Origin: Paramecium tetraurelia
Taxonomy: Eukaryota
Assembly (NCBI GenBank): GCA_000165425.1
Contig: CT868108.1
Location: 1 to 64,000, forward strand
Length of the DNA stretch: 64,000 nucleotides
Direction of reading: 5' to 3'
The position numbers and the translations under genes were made by a program. Below the pieces are notes generated by a model that was not told the origin of the DNA, did not search any database, and was given only the letters and a program-made list of their open reading frames with translations. This document shows, in pieces, positions 55,095 through 64,000 of the stretch (the stretch's first letter is position 1; each line of letters begins with the position of its first letter).

Positions 55095-56041
55095 ATGTAG
55101 TAGAAAAAAAGTCCCAAGTTTTTGGTTAAGTTGTTTGAATTATTGGATGTAATGACTGCGAATTATTTCAATAGTCAGAGTAATATCGCTATTTGCGTTG
55201 GAGTGAGGATGGGAGGTCATTTTAAGTTTGTGACTTAAAAAAACTCGAGAGATAAGTGTTGAAGGTTTTCTACAAGCAAAAATCCTTCGCCAGTTTTATA
55301 AGGTTAGATTCGAATTTAATGTATGATTAGACAATTGAATTTGTATGGATTCAAGAGATCCAAGATTCGCAGAAATGTGAATGTGTTTTCTCATCGTCAT
55401 TTTATTAGAGGTGACAAGTAAATCTATATATGAAAGTGTAGAGATTAGCTCATAAACATTATCAGCCACAATAAATTGAGAGTTCTGGAAGAATTGAGCA
55501 ATTAAGATAATAATTTAAAGCCACAGATATACGAGGCTGAACACCAGTAGTTAACTGAAACTCTGAAGGATCTCTAGAATTAATAAAAATAAATATAAAT
55601 CAAATTTAATGAGCAAATACATTTGTAAACATAACTAAAACTTCGAATTCTCTAAATTATGAATGTAAAATAATTGATTTATCCATATAGCAAATTAATA
55701 ATCACGATATTTCAATTAATGTGAAGGCATAAAATTCGTATTAATTACTTTGCAAAGTAATGTAAATTATACCAAACAATGAACAACACAAAGAAGAAAT
55801 GGCAGTGATAAAGTACATTTGCAAAGTGTTTAACGAATTTCATAAAGATTCAGTGACATCCTTGTTTGAGAGTCCAAATGAAAGGCTGACTCCTTTGCCC
55901 TTTTACTTGCAAGATTCGGCGGTGATTCCTAATCCATTAGACATAAAGGTCTAATAAAATAAGCTTTCAGATTAGTTTTAAATTCATGCGACAAAAATAT
56001 TTCAGCCCTCTTAAGTGAAGTAATAATAATATTTGCTGTGA
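55095..56041 (+). CDS. HSF-type DNA-binding domain protein (tandem paralog)
   Basis: PKFLVKLFELLD..LRWSEDGRSF..FYKQKSFASFIRQLNLYGFKR..FSHRHFIRG; several introns; 3' end approximate. Confidence 0.88.
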
Positions 56042-56199
56042 TTTTATTTTATCTATGTCTAAAAGTCTATATTATTAAATGTAACCCTATTTGACCAGGA
56101 TGAATAGATGTTATAAAATTTTACAAAATCTCGGAAAATTAAGAATCTGTTATTTTGGAATTTTTACATTTAATAATTATCATAACTCTGATTAAATAG

Positions 56200-57383
56200 A
56201 TGGGCAATTAATGCGGTTAATGTGAATGTACTAATGCGAAATCGAATTAACAAGAAAAAGAAATAGTAGTGGTAATATGTCAACTAATTGTAAGTTAGAT
56301 CATAATGAAATAAGAAACAGCAATAACTAATCTAAGGGCTCTATCACAAGTATTAAGGCTAACGGTGAGTCAAACTAATTTAGCAAAGAGAAGGATAAGA
56401 ATTTTAGCAATAACCAAAATTCTGTATAGAGTTCAATAAAAAAAGAATAAGCCAGATTTAATGAACTGTGTAATGATAAAGATAAATTAATCAAAGCTGC
56501 TATTAAAATACAGAGCAACTACAGAGGATACTTAGTTAGAAAAAGGAAATTATAAAATAGATTGAAGATTGTTTAAAAAATCGTCATTCAGGGTGCGAAT
56601 AAAAACTATTTATAGGAATGTGTTGAAGTAATAAATCTACCTGCTCTGAAAAACGATGCCTCATTAGAAAGGAGAGCCCCTTATTAATTTAAGAGTGGGG
56701 CCATATATGAAGGTTAATGGAAGGGAAATTTGAGAGAAGGAATTGGAGTTCAGATTTGGAAAGATGGAGCTAAATATATTGGGGAATGGAAAAATAACAG
56801 AGCCTGTGGGAAAGGAACTTTCTACCATGTTGATGGCGACACCTTCGAGGGAGAATGGGAATAAGACAAGGCAAACGGAAAAGGAATATATAGACATTCC
56901 AATGGATCAAGATATGAAGGAGAATGGAAGGAAGATCTTTAACATGGCTTAGGGAAGGAGATCTGGACTGATGGTTCTAAATACATTGGGCAGTATTATC
57001 GAGGGAGGAAGCAAGGACGTGGAAGATACGAATGGCCTGATGGTTCATATTATGAAGGAGAATGGTAGAATAATAAAATAACTGGTCATGGAGTTTACTG
57101 TTGGGCTGATGAGAGAGGGTATGATGGAGATTGGTTGAATAATTGTATGAATGGTTATGGAGTTTACACTTGGAAGGATGGAAGAAGATATGAGGGACAG
57201 TACAAGAATGATAAAAAGGATGGACATGGGATTTACTATTGGGCTGATGGGAAGAAATACGATGGGATGTGGAGTTAGGGAAAATAACATGGTTAAGGGT
57301 TGTTTGTTTTTGCAGATGGGACTCAGAAACATGGGATATGGAAGGAAGGAAAGCGAATGAAATGGCTAGAGATCACTACTTGA
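56200..57383 (+). CDS. IQ-motif + MORN-repeat protein
   Basis: MGNQCGQCEC N-terminus, [16 protein letters not shown] (IQ motif), about ten YEGxWxxxxxxGxG repeats. Confidence 0.93.
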
Positions 57384-57478
57384 ATGGAGGTTTTAAGAAA
57401 TAATGAAATTTATATATATATATACTTAAATGGTTTATGAAAAAATTGAAATCTTTTTTTAATTTAAATAAATAATAA

Positions 57479-58560
57479 ATGGGCAAAAAGGAAACAAAGG
57501 ATAAGAAGCCAGCACAATTCAAGTAAGCAGATGATTGATATCTTACTTTAGAAAGATTTATGAGTTGTTGTCCAAGTATACTTAAGTCATCATCGTCGGA
57601 TTAGCAAATGTTGGATCAAAACAAGTGTAAGACATTAGAAGAATTTTGGCTAAGAAGAACGCCCTCTTAGTTAATTGGCAAGAATGTATAGATGTTCAAT
57701 TAAATACTCCTAGACTCTCTTCAAAAAGGTCTTGGCCACAAGAGTTTCAGAATTGCCAGATACTCATGAATATTATGAAGATTTGAAGAAATTCGGCAAT
57801 GCAATCAAAGAATTAGACTCCTTGAAAAACTAAGTTGCAGGCAAAGTTGGATTCGTCTTCACAGATACTCCAGTCTTTGATCTCAAGCCAGTAATCGAAG
57901 AAAATAAAGTTGAAACCCCAGCAAGAGTTGGTGCCGTCGCTCCAATTGATGTTGTTATTCCACCTGGCCCAACTGGTATGGATCCAGCTTCAATTCAATT
58001 CTTCCATGCACTCTAAATCCCAACCAAAATTGAAAAGGGTTAAATCTAAATCACCAAAGACTTTGTTGTCTTGAAAACAGGCTAAAAAGTTGGTTAATCC
58101 CAAGCTGTCTTATTGTAGAAATTAGGAAAGAAGCCATTTTTATATGGGTACTCTATTAATTCTATTGTTAGTATGGAAGTTCTATCATGCTATGATAATG
58201 GATCAATTTTGAATAAATAATAGGTTTCAGTAAACTTGAATGACATTGTTGCTAAATTCCAATAGAATGTCTAAAACATTTCAGCTATTTCATTGTAAAA
58301 TGGTACTATTTGATTTTAATCTCAATTTAGGTTGGGTCAATGAAGCCTCAGCTCCATATGTGTTGGCAAATGCCTTTAAAGATTTAGCAGCTATCGGCTT
58401 ATAAAGTGGATTCATCTTTGATCAAATTAAGCAATCTAATGCCCCAGTTGCCGCTGCTCCAGTAGCCGCTAAAGTTGAATAAAAACCAGCTGCCCAATAA
58501 GCCCCAGCTAAAGCTGAAGAGCCAGAAGAAGATGTTGATATGGGAGGTTTATTTGATTGA
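57479..58560 (+). CDS. RPLP0: 60S acidic ribosomal protein P0 (uL10)
   Basis: NVGSKQVQDIRR, GKVGFVFT, PARVGAVAPIDVVIPPGPTGMDP, IPTKIEKGQI, C-terminal EEDVDMGGLFD*; four introns. Confidence 0.97.
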
Positions 58561-58800
58561 TCATGAAAACAATAGTATATTAATAATACATACAAATAAC
58601 ATACAGTAAATAGGGTTATATATTATCATCATTTAATATTAGTGAACAGGTAAACAGTATTCTTTGGGTGCTATTATTTGCATCCTCATTGAATTTTTAA
58701 TAATTAGTATTAATTAAAATAAAATACTATATGTTATTCAAAACACTCTTTATTTTGTAAATAATATAATTATTTTCAAGTGAAATTGAGAATTCATTCG

Positions 58801-58883
58801 AGACGTGTTGGCATAAGAGTTCTGTGGAGGGATCAACAGAATTTATCAGAATTTTGGGCAGTCTTAAGCCAGAGGGGGTTTTT
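58801..58883 (+). ncRNA. Candidate structured RNA or regulatory element
   Basis: GC-enriched island with nested complementary stems, a GNRA-type loop and a trailing T5 (see findings). Identity unknown. Confidence 0.3.
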
Positions 58884-58932
58884 AAATCTTTTTCTTATAT
58901 TTAAATTAATTTTTTTAACTTTTATTTCCTCA

Positions 58933-59849
58933 ATGCCTCCAGAGAACACTTAGGTAACTTAACCTTGTTTTAATACTAAAATTACGATTATATTATCTCA
59001 ATATCACATGACTTTATATTTTTTTTTAGATTTCTAAAAAATCAAAACACATTAAGAAAAACAAGACAGATGTTCATGAATATACTGAGGAAAAGAAGAA
59101 AGAAATTGAAAAAGTGATCTTTTGTTATGTATTTTAATAGGAATACTTGCAAATAAAAAAAAACAATTCATTACAAGAATCATACGAACCAAAGATCTAG
59201 AATGTGGTCAGTACGGTGATCTTGAAAATGAAGACGAAAGCAGGAGAAGAAATCGATAAACTTGATTTAGACAATCTGGCCCATACATCACAGAATTGTG
59301 AATACAAAAAAAGTAGATATTTATATTTAAATTATTTAGGTCGATTTCCTGCTCTGATTCAGAGAATAAAAGATCCCAAGTCAACTGCCCTGATATTTGA
59401 AGCGGGTAAGATGGTGATAACAGGTACCAAAGGTTAGAGTGAGGCAGAAGAGGCTGCTAAAAAAGTTTGAAAAAAGCATTTTATTTAAAGTTTAGAAAAC
59501 AGATAGAGAAGAACAACAGGATTACTATCGAAATAGGCGATATTTAAACTAGTAACATAGTAGCCAACAGCCAATTGCCTTACGAAGTAAATCTGATGAA
59601 AATACATGATGACAGAAGTTTACAAGGATCTATCAGCTATGATGTACACATTCCAATTATCCTCTCTTAGCGATCAGCATTCCCAGGATTGATTTATAAA
59701 ATGTAAAATCCTAAACTCGCTGCCCCTCATTTTTCTATTCAGGAAAGATTGTCTTCACTGGTGCAAAAAATGAAACTTAAATCAAAGATGCCTATTGTTA
59801 ATTATTCAATATTCTCAAAAAACACTCATAAGAAAAAGTCAATAAATGA
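58933..59849 (+). CDS. TBP: Divergent TATA-binding protein / TBP-related factor, with an apparent +2 frameshift near 59712-59730
   Basis: IQNVVSTV, LDLDNLA..NCEY..RFPALIQRIKDPKSTALIFEAGKMVITGTK, SNIVA, FPGLIYKMQNPK, then SGKIVFTGAKNETQIKDAY in another frame; five introns inferred. Confidence 0.88.
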
Positions 59850-60308
59850 AGAATAAGAATTATTGAATATTTTTTGTGTTGTTTACATAACTACGTCTTT
59901 ATGATTTAAGTTATACTAATTATAAGGATAGTCCATCCCCTCATCCTAATAATCCTCAATCAACTAAACAATCATATACGCTTATTAAATTCATCAACTA
60001 GAATTCCTGAAACTTCCTGAACTATTTCTAATGAATAGTCAAAAGATATTCTTAATTAAAAATCATACTAAAATTATATCCAAGATTTTGGCTCTATTAT
60101 AATATATATTTATTTTGAATAGATTATTATTAATAAAATAGGGATTTATCATTTCATTCAATGTGCACCCTTTCGAACCACAGATGGTAGCTAAGATCAA
60201 ATTAATAATTCCCAACATTAATTGAATAAAGAATAATTTTTAACTTTTGATATTTTATAATTGATTAATATAAAATTGAATGAATCATAAGGCTTAAATA
60301 AGCTATTA

Positions 60309-60956
60309 ATGAGTAAAAGGACAAGGACAACTTTGACATTGAATTAGGAAACGAATTAGTCCTCAAATTAGACTAGAAAATCGTCAATTTAAGTTATCAA
60401 TTTTAACCAACAAGATGTAAATTAGAATCAGGATAAGATTTATTTTTCAACTCGTCAAGGCTCTCCAAAAAAACACAGACACACTAAAAGTAATTATCAG
60501 TACTATTCCATAGGTTTAGGGGATACTTTAATGAAATCTACGTCATAGAAATTAATAAAAACTACCCAAAGAGATTTTTAAGAGACTAACATAATTAAGG
60601 AAGGGGCCTTATATAAGAAGATTTCTCCGAAAGTGATCTTCTAGAATGATAAAATCAATGTTTATTTTGTGAAGGAAGTCAATAAATTCACATAATCAAG
60701 TGACACAAAAATATCTAGTTAAGATATTGGTCATAGAGAACAGACCATGCAAGAAATTTCTAATTCCAGAGTTTCAATCAAAGGGCCCATGACATCTAGT
60801 TAAAATTTATTACAAGCCAGGATCACATAAGGTATTTTGAGCGATCCCAAACATTTGTTTGCAGCTTCAAATAAAAAGATAAAACTCGATAAAGCTGAGT
60901 CCTTAAATACGAGTGTCAAGTCTTCCTTGTGTAAATTATTGAAATTATATCATTGA
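60309..60956 (+). CDS. Hypothetical protein, 215 aa
   Basis: Intronless ATG-TGA frame of 216 codons, S/K/Q-rich (MSKRTRTTLTLNQE...). Confidence 0.65.
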
Positions 60957-61606
60957 CTATATTCATTTACTTTTATTGGTATAATTTTTTCTTATTATTT
61001 TTTAATTGAAGTATCATTATTAAATCAAAATGATATTCTCTTTTGTATTAATTAAACATATAGTTGCGAATCAAGTTTATTCAGCATATTCATCCAGATT
61101 AACAATGAATCTAATTCAATTTGGTAGATTTGCTTATTGCTAATTTGTATTCTTTATTATTATTCATATTAGGTAAAATGATTTAATTTGAAGAAGTTTC
61201 AATGAAAATCATAAATAAAGAAACAATTAAATAATAGTCTCTCAAAGAATGCTAAAATGATTAAATATATATATATCAAATTGTTATTAATATTAATGAA
61301 GACTTTACTAATCATTATTACACCTCAATAAGAACAATAGCCATTAATATTGCAATATGTACTAAATTGAATCAATATGTAGATATGTAGATAATAGTAT
61401 TCAAAATAATAAGTTTGCTGATTTTATTTTACTTTGCTTTTTTCAAATCAAGCTGATTAAGAATCCTATGTGTATAAGATGTGTTTTATTAATTTCTTAT
61501 AATTCTGTGTATATTTAATTGATCATGTTTGTCGAATTGCTCAATAATTTCTTTTTCGATGACATTTGAACAAATTATTTGATATATATATATAAATAAT
61601 TTAATT

Positions 61607-64000
61607 ATGCAAATAGAAGCTGAGAGCAACATAAACATTTAAGAGATTTACGAATCCATGGTGAGCCAATAGTTTAATATTGCAATATTGAGACAATGGG
61701 AGAAGGAGTGGTTACTGGAGAATTACTTATTTCCCCAGATCAAGAATAATGAATAGTATCTTTAGAATAATAAGTAGATTATCAAAAGAGCTTGTATTTA
61801 CTACAATAGCGATTTTAAATTTAAAATAGCTTGAGCAAATCAACATCTAGGATAGTCTTCAAGATTAAGAGATCCTTTTGAAGATATTTAACTACGTAAC
61901 CAAAGGATTACCAGATTTTAAATCTTTATAATTGGAGGAAAAATAATAAGTTTATACATTTTTAATGCAATTATTTTGTATGCCAGAGACTCAATTTGTA
62001 CAAAAGGAATGTTATAAATATTTATCGTCAGCATTGCTATTGAGTTCAAACAAAATAGTATAAAATCATATGAATAACAATAGTTCTTGAAATGGCACTT
62101 CTTGAGATACCCAAAGATGGTACAATCCTACATGAGTGCTTTAAAGGTCCAAGGAGGTAGTTAGAAGCCAGAATCCTTGTTCATACCTAATATAGTGTAG
62201 GACATGATTTAAATAATATTTTCGTATCCAATTAGCGAGGCAAATTTTAAGGAAAATGAAGAGTTAATACAAATAGAATCTCAAAATCAATTTAGAACAT
62301 TTTTAGAGAGAAATTCAGCTCCACTTCCCACTCCTAAACACATTATCAAAGCATAGAATGAAAAATTATTGTACAGAAAAGTGACACAAACTTAAATGAG
62401 ATACCTCAAGTGTATTGAGAAATTTGTGGATTTTATGATTTTGTTATTGAGTTCAATCCCAACAAGGAAGTTCTTGAAGATCTATTTGCTTTCAACAAAT
62501 ATACTGCCCTATTTGAAGTGCACATTGCCTTAATATCATTCATGTGTATTGTAGACATTGGTTTAATCATTTGAACATTATTTAACATATCCAATAAATG
62601 ATTAGGATGGAGAGGTGCTTTCACTCAAAGATTAGTAAGTGATGTAGAAGGATTTCTTAAAGAAATTGCAGACGGTGCTTTACAAATAGTTTAAGTTCAT
62701 GGTATAGCAAAAGGAATTGGAAGAATATCAATTCATCAAAAATTTAAGAAGATCAGAAATAGAGAAACTATTCTAAATGATGATATTGGTGTTCCCAATT
62801 GATTTATAGCCTAAATTGTATGAACCTGGCAAGAACTTTGATTTTCTTATCTAAGAAGTAATGAAGGCTGCTGCACCTCCTCCTTATCTAAACCATTACC
62901 TCAAAGATACTCCTCTCATACCTAATGAATAGATGATATGGGATTATAAACACATCCCTGAAGAATCTAAAAGCGGAGTATTAAAATAAGTTTTGGCTTT
63001 GCCCAAATTGAACTTATAGTTTCTATGTTTTGAAGACTATTTAGAAAGAAATTATAAGTTATTTAAACTTGAAAGTGCATTTGATTTGAGAAAAGATTTA
63101 GAGGACACTATAATCAGAATGGATCCCAAGTTTGATTAAAATGGTGCCTTTATTTACTTCAGTGGATGGGCTAAGGCAGCAACAGAAGTGATTAAGTTCA
63201 GAATTCATGAAGTATAGACTCCCGAGATCGGTAAGAGAATCCCAAGGAGGGTTTATGGAGAGATACAATATTCAGTTGAAAGGATGGCATAGAATGTAAG
63301 GAAGGATTGGGATAGCTTGAAGAAGCATCAAGTTGTATTTTTGATAAGCTTTAGAAAGGAGATAGATATGTAGGAATTTTAGAGTGAACTAAGTGAGAGA
63401 TAGAATCTAATTGATTAGATCGAGGAGAATGAGGGATGCAAGCTGTTTTGTGAAAAATATGGTATTAGAGCAATTAGAGGAGCTGAAATAGAATTGGTTT
63501 ATGATGAAAGAAGGAGAGAGATATTAGATTGGGAGGAACCAGATCCCTCAAAGAAATTCTAAGGAAATTTAAGAATCCTTCATGTCTTTTTGGATCAAGC
63601 ATAATATCAAGAAGATATCGATTGTATTAAATTAAATAATTGTTTTAGCTGGTATCAATGCAGAAGGTGAAATCTATGGAAATTTCAAACTGTTGGTTAA
63701 AAGAAATCCTAAAGAAAATAACTTCAAAGCAATCCTTGGATCAATCCAATAAGTCATATTGCAGAATCCTAAGTTACCCAAATTTTTAGATGAAATTCTT
63801 TTGGGATATGGTGTTGAAGACATTTCTTCATCCTAATATTATTTGAAGAATCACACAAGTAGTGTGGATTTCAGCCTCAGAGATACTATCATTGATTAAT
63901 CACACTATGATGATGTGATTTAATAGAATTCATTCATTCCAGAAGACTTGAAATAGAGAATTACTTTTGGTAATGTGAATATTAGAAAGAGAGTAAACAA
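61607..64000 (+). CDS. AQR: Intron-binding RNA helicase Aquarius (IBP160), 5' part
   Basis: [92 protein letters not shown]; runs off the window. Confidence 0.93.

Overview
This is very AT-rich, gene-dense eukaryotic DNA. It reads cleanly only with the ciliate nuclear code (TAA/TAG = Gln, TGA the sole stop) and tiny 20-30 nt GT..AG introns, so it is almost certainly a Paramecium macronuclear chromosome segment. The supplied ORF track uses the standard code and shows only fragments or shadow ORFs. Translating by hand I find about 35 protein genes: GNAT-like, MFSD1-like transporter, ODA-DC2-like, SF-assemblin, two MORN proteins, DnaJ, two trichocyst-matrix proteins, Tim44/mL45-like, WD40, CXC/tesmin, cNMP-binding, a 1660-aa surface-antigen-type protein, NT-C2, Cache-domain, eIF3e, RPB6, cathepsin L, a soluble adenylyl cyclase, two HSFs, RPLP0, a divergent TBP and the 5' part of Aquarius. 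There is also one tRNA-Met, a frameshifted cyclic-nucleotide phosphodiesterase pseudogene and further decayed remnants. I see no CRISPR array, transposon or telomeric repeat. The most notable observations: (1) an sAC-STAND-PH-SH3 domain architecture; (2) a MORN/DnaJ ATGA overlap that could instead be a spliced fusion; (3) a 61-aa ORF squeezed between eIF3e and RPB6; (4) an elongator-type tRNA-Met with an initiator-like T-loop; (5) several oddities at the TBP locus (structured GC-rich upstream element, 76-nt intron, homopolymer frameshift). All coordinates and family calls come from manual reading and recalled motifs, with no database search.
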